This document shows, piece after piece, positions 39,333 to 53,359 of a DNA stretch of 64,000 bases. The notes under the pieces were generated by a model. The model saw only the letters and a list, made by a program, of their open reading frames with translations. It did not search any database and was not told the origin of the DNA. Position numbers and translations under genes: made by a program. This DNA is from the human T2T-CHM13v2.0 reference genome, Homo sapiens. Each line of letters starts with the position of its first letter. The stretch's first letter is position 1. The stretch lies in NCBI RefSeq assembly GCF_009914755.1, contig NC_060938.1. One strand, given 5' to 3'.

Positions 39333-39964
39333 TGAGGTAGGAGAATAGGGTCTGGAGGCTGGGAACCTAGAGTCAATTCACCCTGACTTCCTAGAACTAC
39401 ATCAAAAGGAAAACCCCAACTTTCCATGCCCATATAACAAAAGAACAATGGCTACTCCCTTTGCAACCCCCCACTTTCTGTATGGCAGATGAGAGATGAA
39501 AAGTAGCTGTGATTGGTCCCCTTCCACAACCAATCAGACTGGTCAGGGGCATAGTATTTATTTGCATAGGGCTGTAACTTTGTAACTTCATTTCAGCCTC
39601 TGATTTTTCCCCTCTTGCAACCAATCAGACATTTGCATAGGGTGTAATTTTGTAACTTCACTTCAGCTTCTGATTGGTTGTCTCCCATGACCAATCAGAC
39701 TGGTCATGGGCCACTCCTTCATTTGCATAGGGTGTAACCAAATAACCAATGCAAAACCTATAGAGGGTATTTAAACCCCTCAAAAATTCTGTAGCCAGCA
39801 CTCTTGAGCCACTTGCTCCAGCCTGCTGCAACTCTGACTGTGGAGTATTACTTTTGTTTCAATAAATCTATGCTTTTGTTGATTCATTCTTTTGTTGCTT
39901 TCGTGGTGCATTTTGTCCAATTCTTTGTTTAAAATGCCAAGAACCTGGACAACCACTGGTAAGA
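39333..39964 (+). mobile_element. MER51-family ERV1 solo LTR
   Basis: tgaggtaggagaatagggtctggagg..., repeated ccaatcagac and atttgcataggg modules, TATA-like tatttaaa, aataaa at 39861, TSD catt. Confidence 0.9.
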
Positions 39965-40229
39965 CATTCACACTTTATTTCCTGAAGATGAAGCTTAAAT
40001 AAGGGCAATTCCTTCATTTGACTTTCCCAGGTGCTACTAGTTAGAATGAATCTCTCTCTCTCTCTGGTTTTCTCACTGTACATTTTGTCTTGGCATTACT
40101 CTCACTTCTCCTTTTAGAGTGTGCCCCACTGCAGGGCAGTTGTATGACTTTATTCATCCTAATATCCTTCAGTAAGGTCTCCACCCAGCGAATTACACAA
40201 AGTAAGTCTCAAAATAAGATTGCTTTATA

Positions 40230-40542
<313 letters not shown>

Positions 40543-41676
40543 TTATAAATTTATTTTTAATGACGAGGGGGGACTATTAAAGCAAGTTTTTTTGTTCGCT
40601 TGTTAGCTATCCTTTTTTTTTTTTTTTTTTTTGCCTATTTTGAAAAATCATGTTCACCCATGTACAAGTCAATAGAAGAGGGTCATAGAATTGCATAATG
40701 ACAAACAAGTTTAAGATCTTGGCCCAGCTACCCAAGAAGTTCTACCCACAACCATTCTTATAAATTGATTGTGGCTGTTTCCCCTGATTATCTAGAAACT
40801 TGTTTTCAAAAATCCTAATTACATTTTCTTGATAAAATATTAAATGAGTTGCTTTGAATAATGTGCAGTTTCTCAATCTGTGATTGATTTAAGACCCAAA
40901 TACAGTGTGCTGCATGAATCTGCTCCATGCTAGGAGCTGGAGCCATTATAAACAATGCCAGGAAAGACAGTAAATGTGATGACTAATTCCAAATGAAAGA
41001 AAACTAGAAGCCAGGACCAAACACAATGCTGAAAATAAAGAACTCTAAATTACAAGGTTCCATGGGATGAGCTGCTCAGCACTCTGTAATTCAAGATGCT
41101 ATCGCTAGAATGCTAATCCTACCCACTTCCATGCTATTGAGTCTTCTGTCTAGGAGAAAAACAGCTTCGCTTCTATTGACTTGTTATTGATTTTTCCCTT
41201 TCAAAAAATTTTGTTTGACAGATGTGCATTCTATTAAATGTCTCCAATATGAGTTTCATTTTTAAAAATATCTCACAGGCCATAACTGTATGTGTGGAAG
41301 GTAGTGGGAGCTATGGTAACTAGTCAGAAAATCTGGCGTTGAAGACAGAGGTTGGGGGTCGAATGAAGAAGCTGCGAGAAGCCATAGGTGTTGAGGTCAA
41401 GGTGCCAGTATCATTGACATCTCAAACATCCACCATTCACCACCCTGTTGGACAACCCCCAGCATGGCCCATCGGCTCCCAGTGACTCCCACAGAGGCCT
41501 CCCGGATACACCTCTTCCCCTAGTCCCCCACATGTCAGATTCCAAAGGGGTAGATTTTCCTTCCCACCTCTTTACTACCTCCTGACTCCTCCACCCCTCT
41601 CTGAGTGGCAGTCTTTTTGTTGCATTTGTTCTTGCTGTCCTCCATTCCAGCAATGCATTGGAACCAGAGAGATTGT

Positions 41677-41955
<279 letters not shown>

Positions 41956-42042
41956 AGAGATGGTTTTCTAATGCAAATCTGAGCATGCCATTCCCAGGCT
42001 TTAAGTGACTCAGTGACTTCCTCTTCTTCTTTGTGTGAAGTG

Positions 42043-42174
42043 CTGTGACTGTACACCCCATTTTGCCCAGTACGATCCAGTCTATGCCTGCTAGCTCAGC
42101 ATAATCATTAATAGCACCTGTGTTTGCTATCTCAGGTTTTTGTGTTGGAAGGATAAATATTATGATCATCCTAG
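42043..42174 (-). mobile_element. MER94-like hAT-Blackjack MITE
   Basis: Reverse strand reads taggatgatcataatatttatc...gctattaatgattatgc...gggcaaaatggggtgtacagtcac. Confidence 0.65.
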
Positions 42175-43227
42175 TTTACATGTGATATTGTTAGTGTGGC
42201 TTACTCCTTCAGCCTCTTCCTTGCTCTGTGCCTTGTAGACACAATGGTCTTCTGCAAGTTCTTTGAAAGGTATATGCTCCCTCCTGACACAGGTGTTGCT
42301 TCGCTGTCTGTAGTGCTCTGCGCCTCCCCATCCTCCCCGCTCCAGATGCTCTCCTGACTCCCAGCAGCCTCCAGGATGACACTTCCTCAACCCCCTGACC
42401 AGGATATGTTCTCCTATTACATCATCAACTCATTGTCTTAAGTCTTAGGACTTACTACACTTGAATAGCTGTGCTAATTTTTAATATAAGTACGCAGCAT
42501 CTATTATCCTTTTTTACTGGAGTGCAAGGTCAGGGAATGCATAAATGGAGAAAACCCACAGGGCTGGCACATAGATGCTCAAAAATATTTGTCAAATGGA
42601 TGAATGAATGAATCAATGAGTAAATGCAGAAATGAATGAATAGATGGTTATTATAGGAAGTGAAAAAATATAGCTATAACATCTACAAATGGGTATAATT
42701 TCATGAGGACACAACTTGCCACCTTTTGGAACAATATGCACAATGTATGTGTAGAAGGAGCTCATCTGAGAAAAAGAAAAATTAGAGAGAAGCCAGGAAG
42801 AGCAGGTGGATGGCTGAGGGAAAAGAATGGCAGATAAGAGAGGAAAAACAAAGCATAACTGTGCTGTGCAAAATTGTTTTCCTTGCCTCTGTATAAAGCT
42901 GATAAAGTTTGACCAGGTTTTAGAGTACCTCTGGAAGCTGACTCACAGGTGAGAAAATAAATGTAAGAGATATCAGAGGCAGCTATGGGCACCAGAGAGT
43001 GAGAGATGACATACTGAATCTCCCCAGCTCCCACAGTGTCCCCAAACCAGCACCGTCCAAAACCAGTCAGTCATTTTAACTCAAATGCAACTTAGAAAGA
43101 TAGTTTGTAAACCAACAGAAAAGCTTCCACTGTCATGCTGAGCAAACTGAAACTTAACCTGTACATGCTGATGATCACTCTGAACTCTATTTGGAAGGTT
43201 CCTATAGTTTGGAAAGAGGATTTAGGA

Positions 43228-43439
43228 CAGCACAATCCAATAAAACTTTCTGGAATGAGAAATATTCTGTATTTCATTGTCCAATATGGTAACCACTAGC
43301 CATGTGTGGCCATCAAACCCTTGAAATGGGGCTGGTGCAATTAAGGAATGGAGTATTAAGGAATAGTACTACGGAATAGTACTGCATTCTATATAATTTT
43401 AATTAATTTAAATAGTGGCAACCCTATTGGACAGAACAG
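43228..43439. mobile_element. MER3 hAT MITE
   Basis: tgtccaatatggtaaccactagccatgtgtggc...tattggacag. Confidence 0.8.
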
Positions 43440-43587
43440 GTTAGAAGGTAATAAACCAGGCAAGCCTTGAAAAGAACTGGAATTAACAGAATTCTGATTG
43501 AGTGGGTCATCAGAATTATAAGGTTGATTTGAATGGTAGACAAAGAGTTTGTTGGTCAATTGAAGAAAAGAAGAAGAGAAGAGGAAG

Positions 43588-43589
<2 letters not shown>

Positions 43590-43624
<35 letters not shown>

Positions 43625-43645
43625 GAGTGTGAGAGAGAGAGAGAG
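43590..43645. repeat. (CA)n(GA)n microsatellite
   Basis: Direct reading. Confidence 0.95.
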
Positions 43646-45721
43646 CTGTGCTTAAGGAAGATTAACTCAGCAGCACCAGAAGGATGGGGAAGGGCCATGG
43701 AGTGGAGAGAGAGGAGTGGAAAGATAAGAAAGGAGGCCCATTATTACTTTAACGTAGTCCTTTTAACTTGATAAATCAGCCCTAACATCTGAGACCAGTT
43801 CCCTAGTAAACCCTAAGCCCCAGAAGGTCCCTTTGTCAGTGGAATGACCCATCAGCAGGCCATTAGGTCAGAGAAAGGGCGAGCCCCCATGGCAATCAGT
43901 AAGCATAAATCAGGGAACTGGCCGTGAAGCTGAAAGGTTAAGACCTGGTGGGAGAGGGCAAGTGCTATTTTATTGGTGTGTTAGAAAGCATGTTAAGCCA
44001 GTTGGAAATTGCTTTAGCACCAGCACGTAGCCTCAGAACTACTAAGGGGATGCTTTCCAAGTTTGTGATGCTGAGTTAAAGTGGCCCCTGTGAAGGCTGG
44101 CAGATTCAGCCGCCTTCTCCTTTTGTCTCTCTTTCTCTTTGCCCTTCCAAACCATCCATCTTTAAACCTCTGTCTCATCATCAATAAAATATGTGTAATA
44201 ATGGTATTGACCCTGTAGCATTGTGATGACAATCAAACATAATGCTTATTTTATACTGAATGTAGAGTCACTGCTCACAAAAGTGCTTGTGTGCTTTATA
44301 TTCTCTTTATAATGTCCACTCATGAGCTTTATCCTTATTTATTACTTTAGCTATAATCCTCAAAGACATGACCAGACCTCATGCAGCAGAGATACAAAGA
44401 CATAGTGCTTAAAGACTGTCAGCAAGAATATCCTTTTAATCTTAGTCATCATGGATTAGTCACAGGACAGGTAATTATTTCTTTGACATGTGCCAGTGGA
44501 AGTTGCTAAAGATAACAGAAAGAATATAAAGTAAATCACAGATACCTAAACCAATAATAATAATAAATAGCTAGAATGGGAATTAAAATAAAATAAAAAT
44601 AACAAAAGTCCAGAAGGAAGAGTAGTCTACATTAGTATTTCCCTGAGCTCTGACGGAAGGCAGCAAAGAGACAACAGCAACTCCAACAGCTCCATCACAT
44701 GCTGAAACCAAGTGCTGTCCTTTACATGTGGCATCCCACTTAATCTTCCCCTAGCATTCTGGGAAGCAATTAGGGCATAGAAGGTGCCCTAGAAGTATAG
44801 AGAGGAGAAATCAGAGGGAAGCCAGGGTAGACTTATAGGGCCAAACATTTAGGATTCTGTTGGAAGACAGGCATCCTATGTCCACTGCAGAACTCTAAGT
44901 AAAAGAGTTTCTGAAACCCAAGCATCGTGGAAGTCTATGTCTTTTCTCTTTGTGGAAGTTGCAATCTCTTGTGCATTCACTTGTGATTTCAAGTTCGGCT
45001 TGAGTTGGGAGAAGAATGAAAGTGGGAAAACCAGCTGGAAGGCTCTGGGTGAGCCCATCTGTGAGCAGACAAGGACCTGAGGGATGTATGCATGGTGGTA
45101 ATGAAGAAGAGTGGCCTGGGGAAAAGATATTTTGGAGAAAGACACGGCAATGCATCAGGGTGATTTTTGTGTTTGTTAATCATGCATTAAAATGGAGAAG
45201 ATTTCCTACAAATTTATGTTTTCACTCAAGAAGAAAATACTAACTCATTTCTCTCAATTTACCAAATCTTTCTTCTAGTTCAAGCCAATGTTCTTTTGGA
45301 TTGACAACAGGAAGGATAGAAATTTAGCCCTTTCTGAATTACAAAGATTCTGGAGATCACTCTTCCCTTCCCCAAGTGAATTATTTGCTATTTCAGCAAC
45401 TGAAAGTCTTCCCTTTCATTTATCTTAAACTGAAAAGTTTAATCCTGAGCTCCAGGAGTATCCACACACTATGAATCTCTCCACAATCCTTTCACATTTT
45501 CACCCTCAAGGTGCCTTCCTTCCACTGTCTTCCATGAAAACCATCCCTAAATAACTTTTCCAGATCACTTGCATCTCTCTTTCTGTGAGATGTTAGCACA
45601 CATAAGAAAGTTCCCTGGTATTCATATTTATTTCTTAACCATAATCTTGATTCTGATTGAACTCAACTATCTAAAGACCACCTTCAACTCCACCATTTAA
45701 AGACTACCTTGATCTGTAATA

Positions 45722-45845
45722 ATTGGGGGCTATAGAAACTAAAAGCTTCTACAGAAAGCTATAAACAGTCTCCCTAAAAAATGTACATTTGCACTTGTCC
45801 ACAAAATGTATAGACACCTTTAGGAGATTTCAAGACCCTTGAAAC
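45722..45845 (+). mobile_element. Charlie4z-like fragment
   Basis: gaaagctataaacagtctccctaaaaaatgtacat. Confidence 0.45.
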
Positions 45846-46545
45846 ACAACTGTGGCTCTGTCACTAAGCCAAGACACCATATTTTATGATCTCCAGGATA
45901 ATGCTTTTTCATTTTATTAAATTGCATAACACATATCAGTTAATAGCCCCAGTTAACCTTTAAGCTCACTGAGAACTGTAAGTATGTCTTTGCTACTTGG
46001 TTCCATGGCTGATTTACAGATAGGATTTGAGGTGGTATCAACCTGAGCTGGTTTCCTAGATCCATCAAATATCAATGGTGCCATCCTAAGCACATCAATG
46101 AATTATTCACATCATCAGTTCCCACACCTGCCAATATGAGCAGAGGTGTACCTCATACCTAAGGTGGCTTTGGAGAGCATCTGAGATTGTCTATTAAAAA
46201 CATCCAGCCATGTGCAAGGCACATAGTAGAAATGCATTAAATGTTAGTTTCACTTATCTCAGGAAAAACTTTTCAAATGATGTGAGACCTTAAAAATGCC
46301 TCCAGTGCCTGTGGAACTAATTGTGGAACAAACGCAGAAGTAAATGAAAGAGAAATGAATGTAAGTTATTAATGGCACCACTCCTAGGATTTGCAGCTCA
46401 CTTAAAATTGCTAGCATTAATTTTAAAAATAAGACCTGTGACCAATATTATGAAAGAAGATAAAGTGAACATGCAAACATATTCAATTTCATTATAACCT
46501 TCTGCAACAGTCCATACCTTGAGCTAACTTTTCCCCCAAACGGTT

Positions 46546-47610
46546 GTATAAATTAGGATTCTTCAATTGCAAGTAACAAAGCACTTAACTTGAACTGGGT
46601 TAACACAAAAAGACAGTTTATTTATTGGTTGAGTAACTCTGGTAACCTGTTTAGTTACAAATCAAATGAGGTTTTATCCTGGACCACAATGAATGATGTG
46701 GCCGTGACTTGGCATTTTGATTCTCTCTTGTTCCATTTCCCTTCTTTCTTCTCTCATCCCTCCCTCTCCCCTCCATCTCTAGCCTCTGCCTCCTGGGTCC
46801 ATTCTTCTGTAGTTTCTCTCTTCATAGTCCGATACGGCTGATAGCAACTTGCAGGGCTACAGGTTTTCCTCCATGTTTCCCATGAAAACAAAAGAATCTG
46901 CTTCCTATAAAGATCAATTGGAATTGTCTCTCATTGCCACTGTTTGGCCTGAACAGTGTCATGTGACCCTCTCTAGTCTGGAGTCACTATGTTGGCCAAA
47001 GGATAGAACATGTGTGTTGTCTTAAGCTCATGTGAGTGCACCACTGGGCTCTGTGCTGGCCAAACCACATGGCTGAAAAGGATGGAACCATCTTAGACTG
47101 CAGTTAAGGGAGTGTAGTGAGTTGAATGGTGGACTCCTGAAAAATATGTCCACTGAGAACCTCAGAATGTGATCATATTTGGAATAAAGGCCTTTACAAA
47201 TGTAATTAAGGTGCAGATCAAGAAATGATATCATTTTGGATAAGGGTGGACCCTAAATCCAATAACAACTTGTTCTTATAAGAGAAAGAAAAGAACACAC
47301 TGTCACACAGAAGAAAAAGCTGTGTGAAGGCAGGGATGGGAGAAATGAAGCCACAAGCTAAAGAATGCCTGGAGCCACCAGAAGATGGAAGAAGCAAGGA
47401 GAGATTCTCCTCTAGGGCCTCTGGAGGTAGTGAGGCCCTGATGACACAAGATCTCAGACACCCAGCATTCAGAACCATGAGAGAATAAATATCTGTTGGT
47501 TTAAGCCACCCAGTTTGTGGTAATTGGTTACAGCAACCTTATGAAATGAACATGGCGAGAGCAGGAATAATGGAGGCTGGAGAATTACTTAGGAACAACC
47601 CACCAACAAG
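46546..47610 (-). mobile_element. Old MLT1 (J/K-like) LTR interrupted by MLT1C
   Basis: ttaggattcttcaattgcaagtaacaaagcac...tttatttattggttgagtaact. Confidence 0.6.
47113..47553 (+). mobile_element. MLT1C-like MaLR LTR
   Basis: tgtagtgagttgaatggtgg...gaacctcagaatgtgatc...gccacaagctaaagaatgcctggagccaccagaag...tttaagccacccagtttgtgg. Confidence 0.9.
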
Positions 47611-47714
47611 ACCTATTGATAGCTGTGAAGTACAGAGAAGCCTCTGAAAGACAATTTGCCAAATGGCAACAAGCTCCCCTATCATGGGAATCATTTTAAT
47701 ACTCACAACAGAGT

Positions 47715-48000
47715 AATGATCAAAACAAAGTCCTTGTCCTCAAAAAGCCCAATATCTAATAGTTAGACAAACAAACCAAAGAACAGAAAACCCCAACACA
47801 ATGGTGACAGTGCTGTCAGAAAGGTAGGGACAGAACCCAGTGCAAGTATAGAGAAGGGTCTCCTAACCCAGACTTTTAGATGAGAAAGGTAGCAGGACAG
47901 AGGGAAACTATATTAGCAAAAGCTGCTTTCAGAAGATGAGTCTTGGCTTATATTTAATAGGCTGAGAAGGAATTAATCAGCAAACAAGGAAGGTAAGGGT
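47715..48000 (-). mobile_element. L2 fragment
   Basis: acaaagtccttgtcctcaaaaagccc...aggaattaatcag. Confidence 0.55.
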
Positions 48001-49184
48001 CTGTCTCTGAATTCTCTGGAGAACTTCCAGTTTCCCAAGAAGAAACTTAGCAAATCTTTTGGATTCTCTAGGGAATCATTCTTTCCTCACTTCTCTAATC
48101 CTTCAACAAGGACACTCTTAGCTCCTCCTGGGGGCGCCTTTTGTCCCTAGGGCTTCTCCTACTTGAAGGTAAATATTCTCCCGGTGCTCCTTACTTTTTC
48201 CCTGTATTTTCTGTGCACCACCAAGCTAAGAGTCTCCTTTTCCCCTCAGCTCTGACAGCCAGATTCGTTAAGGCTGGTTGCCTCCATTTGCCTTGGATGC
48301 ATCTTCTGCATAAAGATTGACGAGCTTAATCAGCGAATCAGGAGGAAGCCTTGGGCATCAATCATTGTCAGTGTGCCTTCTTCCTAACTTCTGATTTGCT
48401 GCTTCCAGTTATGAAGGCAATAACACAGTTTCTCTTAAAGGTGAAGCTGAGGTGTCCAAAGTTTTGAATTCTCATCTGGAAAGAAAGTTGTAATAACAGT
48501 GTTAAGTTTAATCAGTCAGAGAGAGACAGAGAGACAGAGAGAGTGCTTCCTCCTCAAGGGTCATGTTTCTCCAGAGTCATCAACCTTCTGACCACATTAC
48601 TCAAGATCCAGGGTGAAGGAGAAGATCATGTTAACAGTTCATTTAGAATTTGAAGGAACGTGTTTCCTATTCCTTTTCTTTCCACATTGCCATCTTCTCA
48701 TCTTTCATTCAGTTTTAGGAAGCATCCTGGCAGGACATATGAGAACATTCTCATTTTTTCTTTGTTGGGATAAAAGCTTATATTTCCATGAGCCCTTTTC
48801 AAAGAAAAAATAGCATGGTGCTACCCAGGGGCAGACAGCACCTGTGTTCTCTTGTCAGTTTCACTGATGCACCCTAACTACATACAGCCTCTAAAATCCA
48901 CCTGCCACACAGTCATCCTGCCCCATATTGAAAACAATCTGATGATGTCACTTCACAAAAGAGGAAAATGAGAATGATTTTATAACAAGAGCTCAAAATC
49001 CCTTCCCTGATATTCCTTCAGCAATTCATTCACTCTTCTATGCATTCAATAAACATGCACTCAGTGTCTCATATGTGGCAGACACTACTCAAGGTTCTGA
49101 ATAAACAGCAATAAATAAAACTGTTCTGTGATCACAGAGGTTATATTCTGATGTGCAAAGATCTCCACAATCTGGACCCAATAC

Positions 49185-50600
49185 TTTACTGAGGTATCAT
49201 TTGTATTTAAAAATGCATCTATTTTAAGCACAATTTGGTGAGGCTTGAGGAAAAATAAACCGATGTAACCACCACTATAATAATAAGAACATTTTTGCCA
49301 CTCCAAAATTCTCTCATGCGTCTTTTCCATTGACTCATTCTGCCCTAGGCAGCCATAGCTCCAGTTCCTGACACTCTATATTGGCTTTGTATTTGCCGGA
49401 ATTCCAGATGATAGGGTCATACAGCATGTACCCTTTATGTCTTCCTACTTTATTTATATAATGTTTCTGAGATCCCCCTTGTGGCTTCATGTATCAGTGC
49501 TTTGTTATTTTTTACTACTGAGTAATATTCTTGTATGGATATATCACAATTTATTTCTGCATTCACTGGTTGATGGATGCATGAATTATTTCTGGGTTTT
49601 GACTACTTCACAATAAGGTTGTTATAAATGTACTGAAAATGTCTTTGAGTGGACAAATGTTTTCACTTCTCTTGGGTAAGTTGGAAAATGGGATTTGCAC
49701 ACAAGTGTATGTTTAACATTGTAAGAAACTTACAAAATGTTTTCTCAATGTATGAGCACTCTAGTTGTTCCACATCTTTACCAACATTTGGCATTGTCTC
49801 TTTTACATTTCAGCCATTCTAGTGTGTGTGCTGTGGTATCCCCTTGTAGTTTTAATTTGCATTTTTCTGATGATTAACGTTGTTGAGCTTCTTTTCATGT
49901 GCATGTTAGATCTCTATATATTTTATTTTATGAAATATCTGTTCAAAACTTGTACCCATTTATGAAGCAAGTTGTTTGTTTTATCATAATTTAGTTGTAG
50001 GTGTTCTTTATATTGTCTGCATACTAGTCCTTTCTCAGATATATGTATTGTAAATGTTTTCTCTCAGAGTGTGCCTTACCTTTTTATTTTCTTAATGATT
50101 TCTTTCAAACAGCAGGGTCTTAAAATTATTACTTTTTAAATTTTATTGCCTGTGCTTTTTGTATCCTATCAGTGAAATCTTTGCCCATTCTGTTTGCAAA
50201 TACAGTTTTTGTGCTCTTTCTAGAAGTTTTATATTTTTGTAGTTTACATTGATTTATATAATTTGCTGCAATTTAATTTTTCTTGTGATGTGAGAAAAAC
50301 ATAAAGTTTCCACCCCTTATCCTAAATTTTAAAGTTGTTTGAGCACCATTTGTTGAAAAAACAATCCTTCCCCCACTAGGATCTTTGTTGAAAATCAATT
50401 GATAAAATATATGTATATTTATTTCTGGTTTGTATATTTTGTTCCATTGATAGAGATATTTATCCTTCTGTCTTTAATTCACCTTCATTTGAAGAGTATT
50501 TTTTATGAATATAGAATTTTAGATTGATTTACTTTTTCTTTCAGAATTTAAATATGCCACTCAATTGTCTTCTGGTTGCATAAATTCTGACAAAAACTCA
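49185..50600 (-). mobile_element. L1ME/MC-type LINE-1 fragment
   Basis: gttgttccacatctttaccaacatttgg...gttttaatttgcatttttctgatgatt...gagcaccatttgttgaaaa. Confidence 0.88.
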
Positions 50601-50659
50601 ATGATTATTTTACAATTTCCTCCTTTGTCTAGTTGCTCACACTGCTTTTATAAAAAATA

Positions 50660-51205
50660 AAATGTTATGTTAGGACAGCTTTAAATGTACAAAATTGTTG
50701 TGAAGATAGTACAGAGAGTTCTTTTATACTTTACACCCATTTTTTTCTATTATTAACGTCTTGCATTTGTACAGTAAATTTGTTACAATTAATGAGCCAA
50801 TATTGATGTACTATCATTAACTAAACTCTACATTTAATTAAAATTTCCTAATTTTTTCCTAATGTATTTTTCATGTTTCAGGATATTATCCAAGATACCA
50901 CATTTTACTTCATTACCATATCTTCTTAAGCACTTCTTGGCTGTGACAATTTCTTTGACTTTCCTTGTTTTTGATGACCTTGACAGTTTTGATAAGTACT
51001 GGTCAGATACTTCGTAGAATGTCCCCAAGTAGGATTTGTCTGACATTTTTCTCATAATTAGACTAGGGTTGTGGACTTACGGGAGGAGGCACAGAAATAA
51101 AATGTCATTTTCATCACATCTTTTCAAGGGTATATGCTATCAATATGAGTTATCACTGTTGATCTTGACTTTGATGACCCAGCAGAGATAGTGTTTATCA
51201 GGGAT
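50660..51205 (-). mobile_element. L1MC1/2-like 3' end
   Basis: tttgttacaattaatgagccaatattgat...cttgtttttgatgaccttgacagtttt...aagtactggtcag. Confidence 0.85.
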
Positions 51206-51719
51206 CACTCTAGCTCTCATGTAGTCTGTAAACGTCGAGTCTGCTTCTGTAGATGCTTGCAGATGCCCTCAGTCTGTCTAGTGCAGTGTTGGGGTTGAAT
51301 GCATGTTGCTGCAGCTCTCTGTGTCTGGCATCCTGTAGGAGGTCCTCCAAGAGGCCCTTGTCCTTTCCATGTGCTGTGGTTATAGAAAGGACGGTTAGTT
51401 ATTTTCTGCTTGGAGTTCAAATACCACAGTGTTTTCTGTGAAAAATCATCTGACTTCCTATAGAATATCAAATCAAGCTGCTGATCTGCTTAAAATGCTT
51501 CAATGTGTTTCTGTTTTATTGGGGATAAAGTTCAAAATAATTGCCATAAATCACAAGACCTGGCTTGAAGACATCCCTGTCTATCTTACCTCAAATTTTT
51601 GCCCATTATGCATAGCATCTGCATCTCCTGCAGGCCTGAAGCTCCCATGAAGACAGAGAATGTGAGTGCCTTGCTTACTGCTATGAGCCTGATACACTAC
51701 TTATGACACAGTAAGATTA

Positions 51720-52270
51720 CATTGGTTACTAATGTCATTGTCTATAGGTAATAAGCAGTGGTTTAAGCCAGAAATAATTTATCCTTTATTTATTAGAAAA
51801 TTTGCAGGTAGGTTGTTCCTATATTGGTTTGCCAGCTCAGTGAGATCACCAGAAACCTGCTATGTTTCATCCCTATCTCTGCCATGTTCAGCATGATGGG
51901 TTTTTCATGGCTAGCCTTGTTGCCTCATGGTTCTAAGATGGCTACAACAGCTCTAAGGATCATATCTTCACACAAGCAGAGTCAAAGATAGAAAGAAAGA
52001 GATGACCAGGGTGGTGAAGAAGAGCTCCCCTCACGAACCTCTTTACTTTTATCAAGAAAGAATTCTCTTTCCTGGGAGCCATTCAATAGGCTTCCCCTTA
52101 TATTTTATTCTTTATAACTGGTTGACCAGCTCCTTCTAGCAGCAAAAGTGGATGGAAATGTGATTATAAGGCTTTTCAGCCTCTGTAGTTGGATGTAGGT
52201 GAGGCAAAAGGTTTAGGAAGAAATGTGGGGTAGTATCTGACATGTGGTGCTCAGGAAATACATCTTTAGT
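51720..52270 (-). mobile_element. MLT1J/I-like LTR
   Basis: gttgcctcatggttctaagatggctacaacagctc...ttcccctta. Confidence 0.65.
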
Positions 52271-53359
52271 GGGTAAGCAAAACATTTGTCTAGAACACAC
52301 TAGAATTAAGCATGATCTCATGTTCACTTCATGATCAATACTGGGTACAAATCTTTATCCCCTTTTGATGTCTGGAACTCAAATAGGCCCAAATGATAGA
52401 GCTACTGAAATGCTGAAATCTTACCCAGATCTGCCTGCCATCAGAGTCTCAGCCATTTTGAATCCCCTGAATGCAGTGTCCCTATAAGAGGCTCTGACCA
52501 TCCAAGGCTGAGGTCTCACTCCTAGGTTGAAACTCAGGATGACAAGACCCTCCCAGAGTTCCCAAACTCTGATGAAGCAAATGAACACTTTTAAGACAGA
52601 AATTCCAAACTCTGCAACTACTCAGTTTTTGTTCAGAGGGGCTTGATTCATTACTATTAGTCAGTAATAACATATTTCTGGCACTAGCCATGGACTTATT
52701 CGGTGCAACTCACTATAGTTGCTTGTGCAATTTATGTTTTTAATTTTGTAAATAGTTCCTAGTTGCTATGGTCAAAAGAGGGGTGTGGGTTCATACATAA
52801 GCAAATATAGTGTTCTGGTTACATCATGCCATAGCTGCAAAATATGGCTTTGTTCATCAGATGATGGTGCTGACAGCTGCATTGCAATGGCCATTGAATT
52901 ATAACCACTCACATAAAGGGAGAGATAAAAGGCATCAGTAATGTGTGGCATATGACACACACACACACACACGTACACACACAGGGGGCTCAAATGCAAG
53001 CCCCTGACAGGCTCAGAGCCATACATACTGACACAAACACAGTCATGCCCAGGGCCTTGGCTTTTTTATACCAGCTCATAGAATCCCTTTTATTTTCTAC
53101 ATTTCCTGTTACTGACAAGGTTTTGGCAAGTATAATTTCAACTTGAACGCTATCTTCCAAGACAAAGATGTAAGGAGTAAGAGAATAAAGAAACTGTTTA
53201 TTGTAACTATAATAATCAGAAAAATAGCAATGCCTTATATGTTTCCAGCCCTTTTCACATGATGCATTCTCCATAATGGGAAACTACTGCCTGGCACACT
53301 GTCTTGAGGGTAGAAGGGAAGGGAGGGTGGGGCGGAGAAAGAAACTCACTCAATGTGAC

